Shown: one piece after another, positions 1-12,810 of the stretch | How positions within the stretch are numbered: the first letter of the stretch is position 1 | How the letters are laid out: each line of letters begins with the position of its first letter | From: Octopus sinensis | Taxonomy: Eukaryota | Reading direction: 5' to 3' | Assembly: GCF_006345805.1 (NCBI RefSeq) | Contig: NC_043018.1 | Location: 11,966,001-12,030,000, forward strand | DNA length: 64,000 bases | The notes under the pieces: generated by a model | Seen by the model: the letters and a program-made list of their open reading frames with translations, nothing else | Told to the model about the DNA's origin: nothing | The model's database searches: none | Position numbers and translations under genes: made by a program

Positions 1-145
1 TTATTCTAATCAAAGAAATAAATATTCTAATCATAAACAATCACATCATTGATATCTCAAAGCTACCAGGTAAATGCATGATTAATTCAAACCAATGTGA
101 ATAAATAAGCATTTCATTTGGCAGAGAAATATGAATGCTAAAGGG
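1..145. mobile_element. piggyBac-type MITE, right end only
   Basis: Ends ...aatgctaaaggg|TTAA; same TIR as the 56574-56788 element. Confidence 0.65.
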
Positions 146-289
146 TTAAAGATTACACTGTTCAATGCACGTGTAAGTATGTACAGAGTAATTTGAGGGA
201 GATTTGGTGGCTGTTTCCAGCAAATCAAGTTATTACATACAAGCTTCATTTTAGCTTGTCAATTGCTGTTTTGACTGAAGCCAACCTTG

Positions 290-520
290 ATTAAACTAAC
301 TTGTGACTGAATTCTGAAGAGCAGAGGTCATTGGTATGACAGCAGAAAAGGCAGAGAGACGGAAATGCATGTTTCTAAATCAGAAAATAGAGCGTGTCTG
401 TAACTGACTTTATGCCAATCAAACGAGTAGCCTTTTCTTGGATTTGATCTTGGATATCTCTGCATAACAGCTGCACTGTCTCAGATGTGGGGAGCTTCAC
501 TTCACTGTTGGCTTCTCCTC
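290..520 (-). mobile_element. Degenerate L2/CR1-group LINE 3' fragment
   Basis: Minus frame DQIQEKATRLIGIKSVTDTL resembles the post-RT IQxxAxRLIG segment. Confidence 0.5.
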
Positions 521-569
521 AGCTTTGTAGGTGGTGGCTAGTAAGATGAAATTAAAGCGCTACACTTAC

Positions 570-699
570 CAATATTGTTGTTAATATAGTTTCAGGTGCA
601 GTTGTCTCAAGTATTTCAAGCGTTTTGGGTGTGAGACTGGAAAATGTTGGCTTCCGATTGGCTGATGTTACACTCACTGTAACCATAACAACAGAGGAT
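570..699 (-). CDS. Cadherin-repeat protein, coding exon 15 (EC5-EC6); gene continues past the left edge
   Basis: tttccaacag|ATCC...ATATTG|gtaagt; 130 nt, phase 2-0; SSVVMVTVSVTSANRKPTFSSLTPKTLEILETTAPETILTTIL. Confidence 0.92.
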
Positions 700-1394
700 C
701 TGTTGGAAATAAATTGAAGGCATAAAAATAAGGAGTCAGAGGAAAATAAAATAGAGTTGGTAGGGTGTGAGAGTAATTCACACCAGATCAACATTTAAGC
801 GGTGAGATGTCCATAAATTGTTACTATCACTACTTACTAAGCCCGTCTTCCAGATCACTGAAATGGCTCAGTTCACTAAATTGAAAACAAGGTTACATAA
901 ATGAATCTGTTCATTTATGGATCAGTCCACTAAACTGAAAATAGGTACTGCATTGATACAGGGTTGTCATTTGTGAAGCAAGTTGCAGAAATAGATCGAA
1001 CCATTTAAGTGAAAAGAGGCATTGCATTAGGTCTATTACCATATAGATGGTAATAGTTTTTTTTAATTGCAAAATGTGGAGGATTTCAATGATAAGCAAA
1101 CAATTGTCCAATAAACTGAATCCTTACGCATAAAATAATGGTCTAATAAGCTTGAATAAGAGAGGGGGGATGGAGGGAGTGAGGGAAGGAGAGAGAATGA
1201 GAAAGAGAGTGAAATCAGCACAGAAAATTGTGGTGTCTGTGTTTTGAGGATAGCAAAGGCACCATTCTGTTTATTTTCTGAAAAGAGGCTGCAAGTGGGA
1301 CACTGGGACACTCAAGATGTTTAGAGGAACCACTCAAAGGAAGAGAGTGAACAGGAATCTGAAAGAGTTCACATTCATCATAACAATGCATGAC

Positions 1395-1745
1395 CACTCA
1401 TGGCTTTGGTGACAAATCAGGAAAGTCACAAGTTGAGCTGGTCACCGGTTCCCCCTTCCACAGTACAACTTAGATGTGGCATCGTCTGGCTTCGACTTGT
1501 TCAGTCCAATGAAGGAAAGCCTTCGTGGACAAGGATTTGATGAAACCGATGAGATGAAAGTGGCTATGAAGAAGTGGGTACAAGTGTGGGTACAAGAGTG
1601 GGTACAAGAAGTGGGTACAAGAGTGGGTACAAGAAGTGGGTACAAGTGTGCACACCTGAATATTTTACAAGAAAAAGGGTTTGAGAGTTGTGTTCAACAA
1701 TGGCATCAATGTAACGCTTGTGTTGGAGATTATTTGTATGGAGAA
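1395..1745 (+). mobile_element. Mariner transposase C-terminal remnant with an internal tandem repeat
   Basis: DVASSGFDLFSPMKESLRGQGFDETDEMKVAMKKW...QQW...C...GDY matches the mariner DLAPSDFHLFxxMKxxLRG...W...GDY pattern. Confidence 0.8.
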
Positions 1746-2051
1746 GGAATTACTCTAACAGCATTAGCAATTTGAATGACCTATGTCAATTAATAAAGAG
1801 CCATGCCCATTTTTGCATTACTTCTGGTAATACGTGTATGTGTGTGCTCAACTTATATAAGAAACAAACAGAAAATTCCCACAAAAGATATGCACGCTGC
1901 TTCTTCCTTGTCAAATTATCATTCAAAAGATACAATTTCATACTTTTAATGATATGTGTGTGTGTGTGTGAGTCTGCATGCATGTGCATACCAGTATATA
2001 TCTATACTTCTGTATATATGTATGTGCAAATTAGCCGAATTAGGCTATAAG

Positions 2052-3672
2052 AAATGCAGTTCAGTTTCATCCAAGGAAGAAGCACAACTGACGCTATTTT
2101 CATAGTCAGGCAAGTACAAGAGAAATACTTAGCTAGGAATAAACCATTACACTTGACATTCTTGATCTAGAAGTAGCCTTTGATAGCATACCCCACTGTG
2201 TGATATGGTAGGCTCTGAGAAGGTTAGGGATAGAGGAGTGGCTGGTGAAAGCTGTACAGGCCATATACAAAGATGCTTCAGTGAGAGTTAACCACAAGTA
2301 CAGCGAAGAATTTGGTGTACAGGTAGGGCTTCATCAAGGATCAGTCCTTAGTCCCCTCCTTTTTATCATTGTTCTTCAGGCCATAACAGGAATTCAAGAC
2401 CAGCAACCCTTGGGAACTACTATATGCTGATGATCTTGCCCTCATAGCAGATTCCATATCAGAGTTAGATGAGTAATTCCACGTGTGAAAGCAAAACCCA
2501 GAATCTAAGGGCCTTAAGGTTAACACAGCAAAGATTAACATTCTAGTATGCAACGAAACTGTCAGGACCCTATCCCCATCAGGTAAGTGGCTCTGTTAGA
2601 TTAATTCTAAGAAAATGTAGACAGGAATTCCATATGGCGTACCCAGTGTAATTATGGACACACAAGAGCTGCAGTGGAATAAGAAGAAGGTTATCAGAGA
2701 AGATAATGTTTGTATGTGGGAGATGCACAGGATCCATAAGAACTATAGAGATTTGGGAAATTAATTCTTTCAAATGCTCTGGTGGCCCATTTACAGGTAG
2801 TAGAGAATTTCTGCCACCCAGGCAACCAAATTTATAGTGGGGGAGGATACACAGAGAGTGTGATAGCTAAAATAAGAAAAGGATGGAGGAAATTCTGTTG
2901 GACACGAAAGGTTTCTCTCTGTGAGTGAAGGGAAGATTGTATGATGCTTTATACAGACAGAAATTCTACACGGTAGTGAGATGTGGGCCCTGAATGCAAA
3001 GGACACGTGTCGGTTAGAAAGGAATGAGGGTAGAATGCTCCACTGGATGTGTAATGTAAGCGTACATGTTCGACAGAGGGTCAGTGTTCTGAGAGAGAAG
3101 TTAGGCATAAGAGGAATTGGTTGTTGTGTGCAAGAGAGAAGACTGCGCTGGTTTGATCATGTGAAGTGGATGGATGCCGGCAGCTTCATAAAAAAGTGCT
3201 GATCTCTCAAAGTAGATGGAACATGTACAGGTGGGAGACCCAGGAAAACCTGGGATGAAGTACTAAGGAATGACCTCAGGGCACTAAACTTTCAAAGTGA
3301 CAAAGGACCGAGATGCCTGGCACCTTGCTGCACTCTGCAGCAGAAGTGTTAAGACTGGTCCTTCTGGTGGTGTAAAGTACTCATGATGGTACCATATAAA
3401 AGTGTCCATGCAGTGCCACATAAAAGTGCCCGTGCAGGGGCCATGTAAAAGCACCTATACTGTGCCACATAAAAGTGCCCATGTGGTGCCTCACAAAAGC
3501 ACCCAGCACACTCTGTAAGTGGTTGGCGTTAGGAAGGGCATCCAGCTGCAGTAACCATTCCAAATTAGACTGGAATCTGGTGCAGCTCCGCAGCTTTCTA
3601 GCTCTGGTCAAACCATCCACCCCAAACTATCATGGGCAATGGACGTTAAATGATGATGATGATGATGATGTA
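2052..3672 (+). mobile_element. 5'-truncated RTE-clade LINE (RT domain to 3' tail), frameshifted
   Basis: STTDAIFIVRQ, AFDSIPH, VGLHQGSVLSPLLF, LYADD, RRLRWFDHV motifs; 3' UTR and (GAT)n tail. Confidence 0.92.
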
Positions 3673-3908
3673 TGAGTGTGAGCCTTTGTGGATCATTGTG
3701 TATCTATGTATGTGTGTCTATATACCTTTATGTGTATGTATGTATGTAGGTTTACATATGTCTGTATAAGTGTGCGTGTAAACTTACCAATGAAGGTGTA
3801 TGTGTACTTGTGTCTTTGGAATACTCAGCCATTTGCACTGTATTCAGTTCAGTTGATTGAAAAGCTTTATCAGTTTCATTGTCGAAACTGATAAAGATCT
3901 ATTTACTT

Positions 3909-3979
<71 letters not shown>

Positions 3980-4580
3980 AGTGTGCCTATATATATTTAC
4001 CATGTGCTTGTTGTTATGGGCATATATATACATATACACACATGTGGACATAAATATTCCATAAATTTGTTTATTACAATAACAGCAATAGCAACAAAGA
4101 CAAAAACCATACGGGCAAATGAAGGAAGGAACCTCAGGATTATTCAAAGCAGCTGGAGCAACTCGCAATAAACAGCAAACCCACCCAAGGGCTCTGCTTG
4201 GTCCTTTCATACAAACTCCCTGTTTTAAAGAAACCTAAATAAAAAGTATCCATCAAAATATGTTAAATTACACGACTTTTGTCCTTGGGGTCAGCAACTA
4301 ATATTTCCCATTTGCTGATCCCTAGAAAGTATGAAAAATCACAAATATTTCCTTCAAATTTTGCTTTTTTTTTACATAAAAAATTAACGTTTTGTTACAG
4401 TGTTACTAACAACCAGCTTCTTAATAATGTGAAAGTTATTTTACTAAATACTTCATTATTTTCAAAATAAATTGAAACAAAGCCAATGTGTTTCCATAAA
4501 AAGAGTTACATAAAAAAAAACTCTTTAAAAATTAAGATAATGAAATGAAGCAAACAGTAAACACGAAGAATAAAAAATAC

Positions 4581-4756
4581 CTTGGATTAGTTGCTCCATC
4601 ATGGCCAATGACAGTAAAGTTGTAACTGCCTGTTTGCAAGGTACCAAAGACAGAAAGATCGCCAGACACTGAATCAATTTTGAAGGGGACATTCTTAGGA
4701 ATTATCTCATAAGTTACTTTGCCATTTATACTTTTGTCCTCATCTGTAGCTCTTAT
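4581..4756 (-). CDS. Cadherin-repeat protein, coding exon 14 (EC5)
   Basis: ttttttattgcaaacag|ATAAGA...CCAAG|gtattt; 176 nt, phase 0-2; IRATDEDKSINGKVTYEI...FKIDSVSGDL...YNFTVIGHDG, a classic cadherin repeat. Confidence 0.95.
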
Positions 4757-4877
4757 CTGTTTGCAATAAAAAAGAGATGAGAGGAGGTGAAATAAGATGA
4801 TGATAATATTCTCTCATAAAGCCATAAGGACACAGACTTTGTACAGGAGTATAACCAATTCTGCCAATCTCAGTACA

Positions 4878-5246
4878 TCTCTCTATATATATAAAGCTGA
4901 AGTTGTCTGTGTGTGGCAGGTGTTGGTAGCCTTCAACTAACACTATCTTCTCCGAGACCCTGCGATGCAAGTTGACCAAAATTGAGACTATGATAGAAGA
5001 AAAAATTCAAATCGGACCATGTTAATACCGAAATTTATTTATATCAAAAAGGTGCTTTTTTTCTATGAAAATCCCTATTTTTTATAATTTTTTTACTGCT
5101 GTGTCGCCAATTTTTGGTGTATTTCAACCAGAAAAATGCTCACTAAAAGAGAATAACAAGCTACATAATGCAAAATTTTTACTTTTCAAAAATTTCAATT
5201 CTAAAGGGTCGAAACAAACCCAAGCAATGCCGGGTGATACTGCTAG
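4878..5246 (+). mobile_element. Non-autonomous Helitron-like element
   Basis: A|TC...tatatataa 5' end; subterminal hairpin accc...gggt; 3' CTAG|T. Confidence 0.65.
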
Positions 5247-5344
5247 TAAATGATAGTTTTAAAGTACAGAAATTTCCTCAGCTGCCTATTGTAGCCTTTA
5301 GATGGAATAAAAATATAAGAGATCTATTGACCTCTATTTCTGAC

Positions 5345-5850
5345 TCCAAGGAGTAACATTGGAGTATCTGCATGCCGCTGTACTTTAAAAAACAGCCACA
5401 AGAGAGGTAAGGCCTGTTCATTGTGCAGCGACTTGAGTCAAGTGAATTCCATCAGGAATCATAACAGAAATGTTATGATTTATACAGAAGGTGGGAACAT
5501 GTAGAGATTCCCATTTGGAGTACATGGCAGAATACATGAAACACAACCTGAGTTATGTTGGTTGTACAACAGAACAATTAAGCAAAAGATTTAATGGGCA
5601 CAGATTCAACGTCAGGCACAATAACAGTAGTTCGACAGAACTTGCTGAACATTTTTTTTCAAACGACGGCAATTTTGAAGAAGACTTGAAAGTGCATATT
5701 CTCAGAAAATATTCTGAATTTGCTTCCCTTTCACTTCTCAGAATGTATGAGGACAAATACGTTTGCAGGTTGTTAACATCACGCCCTGGAGGAATGAATA
5801 AAATGACAGGAGAATATCATCAAATTCACACAAAACAGTTTGATTGAATA
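5345..5850 (+). mobile_element. Penelope-like element, GIY-YIG endonuclease fragment
   Basis: Cys-rich lead-in followed by YVGCTTEQLSKRFNGHR...LAEHF...E...GMN, typical of PLE GIY-YIG domains. Confidence 0.85.
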
Positions 5851-6119
5851 TTCTTCTTTCTCCTTTCCATTTTATCTCTCAGGTTTTTTTCTTTTGTCTG
5901 CTATAAAATTGAAACTTAAAAACTGATGATGTCATTCCATCAATGTGTGGATGCTGGTTGCTCTCATTTATACTTTAGATTTGAATTTCTATCATTTTGA
6001 AATTTTATCACTTTTTATTTTATCGTTCAACCAATAAAATATCTATTGCAATTGCATCATGCTCTTCGTTTTGTCTGTTTACCTTTGTGAAGAGTTACAT
6101 CAATCCTTTTAAAATAATA

Positions 6120-7295
6120 ATAGAAGGTGGTAGAGACCTTATACAGCTGGAAAACTATTATAAAATAACCACCATAGGACTGCAAAATTACCTACTTCAG
6201 AAGCGAGGAAACTAATACAAATAGCCACAAAACACAAGCAAAACAAAAAACTATTTCAGCATTTAAGGAAGCTGACAAATACAAACAAGAAATCATACTA
6301 CTTAACAAATATGTAGAAGAAGAAGAAAAACAAAAGCTATAAAACAAATGAAATCCAAACTAAAACTAGAAAAGCAATGGACCATGATAAAACGATGGCA
6401 AGAAAAGCACCTTCATGGTAAATACTGGGCTAAACTAAATGCAAAAGAAATAGACAGAGAAAATTCCCAGCAATGGCTGAGAAGCTCAGGACTCAAAGCA
6501 GAGACAGAGGGATTTTTAATTGCAGCACAAGACCAAAGCCTCCCCACCAGAAATTACCAAAAACATGTAATGAAAAAAAAATATAACAAGTAACTGCAGA
6601 ATATGTGGAGATGAACAAGAAACAATAAATCATATTGTCTCTGGCTGCACAGTCCTGGCTAAGAAGGAATATATTCACAGACACGACAGAGTTGGGACCT
6701 ATATACACTGGAAGCTATGCCAACACTGTGGAATGACAACAGCAAAAAGATGGTATAGGCACAAGCCAGAAAAGGTCACAGAAAACGAGAAAGCAACCAT
6801 ATTCTGGGATATGCCAATACACATAGATAAAGAAATTAAGGCCAACAGGCTGGATATAATTGTCCAAGATCACCAAGAAAAAAAATGCTTTCTAATCGAT
6901 GTATCAATATACCAACAGATGACGATGTTTCACTAAAAGAAATGGAGAAACCTTCAAAATACAAAGACCTGGAAATAGAGGTAACCCGAATGTGGAATCT
7001 AAAAACAGAAACAATTCCTATCATAGTAGGTGCATTAGGTATGATAAAAAAATATTCAGACAAATACATAACAAAAACACCAGGACTTACAAATATATAT
7101 AACATACAGAAAATCGCAATACTGGGCACTGCACACATCCTACACAAAGCACTTTCAATACAGTAACCATAAGAGCATCACAGCAAACCACAGCACACAC
7201 CCAAGGCACACAGAGCTGCGCTCGGTAGTGAAGTGAAAGCACATTATAAAAATAGAACTACTGAATAATAATAACAACAACAACAACAACAACAA
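6120..7295 (+). mobile_element. R4/Dong-like (RLE-type) non-LTR retrotransposon, 3' fragment
   Basis: LHGKY, LKAETEGFLIAAQDQSLPTRNY, CRIC...H....C knuckle, RLDI...LIDVS (REL nuclease), KYKDL, GALG; (AAT/AAC)n tail. Confidence 0.92.
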
Positions 7296-7344
7296 TCCTT
7301 TCTACTAAAGGCACAAGGCCTGAAATTTTGGAGGAGGGGACACA

Positions 7345-8430
7345 GATCATCTTTACCTTCCCAGAGCTCAAAGAAGTTGAGGCTTGATCCAATTTGAAAT
7401 CTCTTACAAAACTACCACAACTGAACTGGCAAAATTATGTTGAAACATCTAACGACTGGATGCTAAAATTCATTGAAAACCACAAGAGATGTAAGAAGGT
7501 TCATTCTGTTATGAAGGAGTGCAAAAGATTTTCAAGTGAGTTCATGCATAATGCCAAGGTTGAACAGCATGATGGAAGTGCAGCAGCTGCAGTTGCAAAG
7601 AAGGTGAAAGTAATAGCAGAGCAAAATGCATTTGAACAATTGGCTGATAGGTGAGAACGAAAACCTCTGCATGGCAAATATGTGGCCCATAGCAAACAAG
7701 CTGATGTAAACCAGCAGCACACCTATCAGTGCCTATGAAGCTCAGGGCTAAATGCAGAGAGCAAAGGTTTAATCTTGGCTGCTCAAGATCAGAGCTTATT
7801 GACCTGGAACTATCAAGTCAATGTGATGAAAAATGGAGTAGACCCAAAGTGCTAATACTGCAATGATGGAAGTGAAACAGTGGACCTATAGAGTATAAAT
7901 CAAGACATGACAGTTAATGGACATGTAGAGTATAGATCAAGACACAACAGAGTTGGCCAATATCTACACTGGATAATATGTCAGCATTATAAAATCAAAA
8001 CTGCTGACAAATGGTATATACACCACCCTGAGGCTGTAACTGGGGGAGTAAATATAACAACCCTTTGGGACTTTCCAGTATGCACAGACCGAACCATCAA
8101 AGCTAATAAACCAGATATTGTTGTGAAAGGCCAAAACAAAAAAGTCTGTTTATTGATTGACATGAGGAGCATACCGTGTGATCATAATATCTCGGCAAAA
8201 GGTTTTGACAAGCTCAGAAAATATAAAGATTTGTTTATCAAAATTGAAAAGATATGGCACCTCAAGCTGGTTACAATATCAGTGATTGTAAGAGCACTTG
8301 GAATGATAAAAAAAAAAGAACTGAAAATTATTTGAGAATGGCCCCTGGCTTACCATCTATGCAGGAAGTGCAAAAGATTGTCTTAACTGATACATCACAT
8401 GTACTGAGAAGAGCACTGTCATTTTCTTTT
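7345..8430 (+). mobile_element. Second, diverged R4/Dong-like 3' fragment
   Basis: LHGKY, AAQDQSL, RHNRVGQYLHW, IKANKPDIVV...LLIDM, KYKDL motifs. Confidence 0.9.
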
Positions 8431-8699
8431 TTTTAACCCTTTAATTTCTTTGTTTACTTTTTTATTTCTATTTTTTATCTTTTCTTTCTCTTTCCTCCCC
8501 TTTTTCTCTGTCACATGACTTTGTAAATGAACAATCTGATGTCTTTATTTTAATGACCTACCAATGTATACACTCTACAGGAACATGCTCAGAACAGGAC
8601 TGTTTGCTTGGGCCATAGTTACCACACATGCTTACCTTTTAACAAATTTGCTAGAAGGCAGCAGTTCTTTCTCAACCCTCACTTTCCTTTTCAAGTGGA

Positions 8700-9150
8700 A
8701 TTTGAAAAAAAAGAAGTTGATGAGAGTTAAATCATAGAAGGTGTCTGTCTTTGGCACTTTCAACCTGGTTCACCCAAAACCTCTTTCACTATAGCATCCA
8801 GACAAATAAACACTACCTGTTCTTCTTGGACAAAGAAGGGTGGCAGGGTAATCTTCACAATGGGATCACCTGATAAATGGATCTGTTCCACATATGATAG
8901 CAGGTGTTCATAAACCTATAAGTCAGCAATGCCTGGGTACAGGAGGAGTACAAACAGAACTGTTTTGTTGCTGTGTGTATCTCAGGTAGGCCCAGTTGAC
9001 AGCACTTCCATACCTGTAGAATTTATCTTGAACCAGCAATGTCCCCCAGTAGCACTGTTAAACCAGAGATTTCTGGAAGTTATTCAGGGGCCCAAAAGTC
9101 CTCCTGAACAGACCAGCCAATTGATTTTCATCTATGTCCAGAGTCCTTCT
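8700..9150 (-). mobile_element. Old LINE-like (possibly L1/Tx1) fragment; related copy at 12235-12372
   Basis: 8925-9060 and 12235-12372 share clear nucleotide similarity (cagcaatgc.tgggtacagga...aacagaactgttttgtt...cagca.tgtcccccagta). Family assignment is weak. Confidence 0.35.
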
Positions 9151-9404
9151 TAGCCATACTTTGTGACTTTTTTTTAAAATGCATAGATGTTTAGAAAATA
9201 AAACAAATTCTGCCCCAGGAGGGCAAGCATTTAACAAAGCCATCCAGTCTCAGTGGTAGTTGTTAGGCTTATTAACAATATTTTACAACAAAAAGATGTT
9301 CTTGAAAATAACAAAATTCAACAATAAGTCACAAAATGATGTTCTCTCCTGGCAAGCATGATGATGATGATGAAGATGATGATGACGATGATGATATGAT
9401 AAAA

Positions 9405-9750
9405 CAGATAAGAAGCCGAAACCTAACCAACAAGATATCACTCTACTATGGAAGGCGTCCAAAGGATGGACCCTCATCAACACAGCTATACCTACAGGCC
9501 TGAATATTGTGAAGGCGGGGAATGAGAAAGTTGAAAAGTACTAAGCCTAGCACTGGAAGAGAAACACATCCATAGAGCCTCAAAAGTAAGTGTAAAACCT
9601 ATCATGATTGGTGCACTTGGGACCATCTCAATGAAAGAAGTGTTTAGACATGTAAAACTGAAAATACCAGACTTCAAAGGAAATACCCAGTTGGCAGCAA
9701 TACTCAGAACAGCTCATGGGTTGAAGAAAATGTTGTGTCTCTGTGGGAAG
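9405..9750 (+). mobile_element. Third R4/Dong-like REL C-terminal fragment
   Basis: NEKVEKY...PIMIGALGTIS...QLAAILRTAHGLKKML. Confidence 0.75.
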
Positions 9751-10179
9751 GTGCTGAGACTTGACATAGATAACTTAGAAGAAAGGAAAACAAAAAGAAT
9801 ATGAATAAAAATAATAATAATCGACAATTAGAAAAGTTATGTAATAAAGCACATATTGATTTGTTAATTGAACTGTAAGATATTTTGCAGTATGTCAGTA
9901 TCAAAATAAGACAAGTTTGTTCTGAAAATTTTTTTAAATACATAGAAATGCAGAAATTAAAAAAGTTCTACTCGATTATCCTGCATTCCTTCCTTGACAA
10001 AAAGACCTCAAGTTTCACTCGTTTACAACAAATTAAAACAAAAAAAAAGTAGATAGAGAACAGAACTTTTATTCAAAATGTTTTATATAAATTTGATGGA
10101 ACCAATCCTGCCATTTTGTTCATCCTTAGCTCCTCGGGAATGCTGCGTGTCACTTACACATATTTATATCTGAGAAGGT

Positions 10180-10520
10180 GTACTTACAGGAATTTACCTG
10201 AGTTACAGTCATTTGATGTAAAATGCTTGCCAAGTTCTGTTGAAGTAGTATTATTGTGCTTGACATGATAGCTATGCCCTCCGGTAGAAATCATAAGATT
10301 TCTTTTAGTATTTGTGATGGAGTTGAACTGACTCATCTTGTTGCACAATGGACAGGGCTTACCTCTCTTGTGACTGTTTTTAGAAGTGTCCAGAAACTCC
10401 AAACAGAGGAAATATTTCTTTGAAATGAGGATATTCCTGAGAAATACATTGATAAATGTCATAGAACACTTTTGAAATGCCAATGAAATGTTAGTGCCAG
10501 TTAACAACTAAAGGAATTCA
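10180..10520 (-). mobile_element. Penelope-like GIY-YIG fragment, same family as 5345-5850, inverted and internally deleted
   Basis: NSHKRGKPCPLC...HVKHNNTTSTELGKHFTSND matches SHKRGKACSLC...NVRHNNSSSTELAEHFFSND of the plus copy. Confidence 0.85.
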
Positions 10521-11720
10521 GATAGAATCTTTATTTTGACTGCAATAATTAGGCATGAAAGTTTGACATTTACTAATCATAGTTGTGTCATCTGTAATTT
10601 CCTTCTTTTGAGATGATGATGATGATGTGACTCACAAAAACTGAAATTGATGTAATGATGCACAAAATCATTTGCACGTTTCCAGTAATCTCCTATAATA
10701 ACAAGAATGGTTTCACATTGATCCCAGTATCATGAAGGGATGAAAGGCAGAGTTGATCTTGATAAGATTTGAATTCAGATCATAAAGAATTATAAATATT
10801 ACTCTAATAATTCTCTCAATGCAAAGCACTTAACGATTTCTAACACAAGGCCATAAATTTAGTAGGAAGAGGTTGTTAATTTAATTGATCTCAATATTTG
10901 ACTGGTGCTTTATTTTATTGACCCCAGAATGATAAAAGTCAAAGGAGACATCAGTGAATAATGATTATAATAGTTTCTAATTTGGCCGCAAGACCAGCAT
11001 TTTGAGAGGCAAGGTTAGTCAATAACCTTAATAATTATCTGATTCTATATTTTATTGATCCCAAAGATGGAAAAACAAAGTTGACTTTATCAGGATTTGA
11101 ACTCAGAGTGAAATGCATTCTATCTGATGCTTCAACAATTCTACTAATCTACTTCCCAATTGTTTCTGAGATAGCCATAAGCCTGAAATTTGTTGTTGTT
11201 GTCGATGATGGTGGTGGTGTGGGGAGGGGGGTGATAGTCCATTATATGATCGGAACCTTATTTTATCAATCCTTGAAGGATAAACGGCAAAATATGACTT
11301 TGGTGGGACCTGATCTCAATATAGTGTCAGAACAAATAACACAAAACATTTGTTTAACAATTCTGCTAATCCATCACTCTAACTTCTAATTCATGCACAA
11401 GGCCAGAAATAATATTGGGAAGGAAACAGTTGATTATACTGACCAAAATATACTTGGACCAATACTTTATTTTATCAACCCCAGAAATGTGGAAGGCAAA
11501 GTTGACTTTGACAGGACTTGAACACAGAACATAAAGAGCCACAACAAATACTAAAGGTCACATTTTTTGAAGCTCTAATGATACTACCAATCTACCTCCC
11601 ACATAATACAAATGATAATGGTGATAATAATGATAAAAGAATTAATTTATTATCCAAAAGGCAATTCATATTACAATAAGAGAAGAATAAAACAATGAGA
11701 GGAAACAGTGGAGAAAATGA

Positions 11721-11990
11721 ATTAATTAATTATACTCACTGTAGCAAAGGGCTGTCTGGTTGTCAAATGAATATTGTATACATATAATTAATTAATTATA
11801 CTCACTGTAGCAAAGGGCTGTCTGGTTGTCAAATGAATATTGTATACATATAATTAATTAATTATACTCACTGTAGCAAAGGGCTGTCTGGTTGTCAAAT
11901 GAATATTGTATACATATAATTAATTAATTATACTCACTGTAGCAAAGGGCTGTCCAGCCTTGGTTGTCAAAGGAATATTGTATAGATATG
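11721..11990. repeat. 66-bp tandem repeat copying the exon 13 3' end plus splice donor
   Basis: actcac (GTGAGT on minus) at 11734, 11800, 11866 and 11932, exactly 66 nt apart. Confidence 0.97.
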
Positions 11991-12099
11991 ATTTGTTTGC
12001 AAACACAGGATTGTGTGTGTTTTCATCAACAACATTCACAACTATATTATGTATATGACTTTGATATCTCTCATTTGTGTTGTTTTCCTCGGCATAAAC
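11938..12099 (-). CDS. Cadherin-repeat protein, coding exon 13 (EC4-EC5)
   Basis: ggttaaag|GTTTAT...GCTACA|gtgagt; 162 nt, phase 0-0; VYAEE...IVVNVVDENTHNPVFANKSYLYNIP. Confidence 0.92.
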
Positions 12100-12685
12100 C
12101 TTTAACCATAACATTGACATTGAAAAGAAAAAGAACACAAAAGAAAATTATATTTAACAAATGTTTTACAAATACAAATACAAACACATCCATCCATCCA
12201 CCTCTCCACTCACTTACACCCCCATCCACCTACTACCCCAGCAATGCTTGGGTACAGGATGAACAGAACTGTTTTGTTCCTCTATGTGCATTTCAGGCAG
12301 GTCCAGTTGATGGCACTTCCATGCATATAGAGTTTATCTCAAACCAGCATGTCCCCCAGTACCAGAGACTGACATATAATATATTTAATAAACTGTTAAC
12401 ATACTAGTGCAGAGACTGTAAGATAAGATATGTGTGATAAACTGTTAACATGACAAAGTAGGGGTTAGAAGGAGAGAAATACTGTTAACATAAGTGACCC
12501 TCAGATTGAAAAGAAGCAGAAAATGAGAAACTGTTCAGGAACTTGGTTGGATCAGGGAAGGAAAATAAAAAAAATTATCTGACCAAAAGAAAATAATTAT
12601 GTAACAAATTATCAAGCAAAAAAGGAAGGAAAGAAAGAGCTCTAATTTTAAAAAAATGGAAAATTGTAGTTTGGTGAATATTTAC

Positions 12686-12808
12686 CTGGAGAGTCACAGG
12701 GAAAGTTGCAAGCTTTTGCTGAACAGGTTGACTCAGAGTTACTAGACCTGACTCTTTGTGAATTTGAAACATTGGATGCTGTCCTACGAAATGGTATGTT
12801 AATTCATC
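12686..12808 (-). CDS. Cadherin-repeat protein, coding exon 12 (EC4)
   Basis: (ct)n-ttctag|GATGAA...CTCCAG|gtaaat; 123 nt, phase 0-0; DELTYHFVGQHPMFQIHKESGLVTLSQPV. Confidence 0.92.
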
Positions 12809-12810
12809 CT

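Noticed and set aside
5922-5960. ctgatga motif downstream of the Penelope fragment (also at 46436) as a hammerhead
   Set aside because: No stem II followed by GAAA could be formed; at best a decayed remnant.
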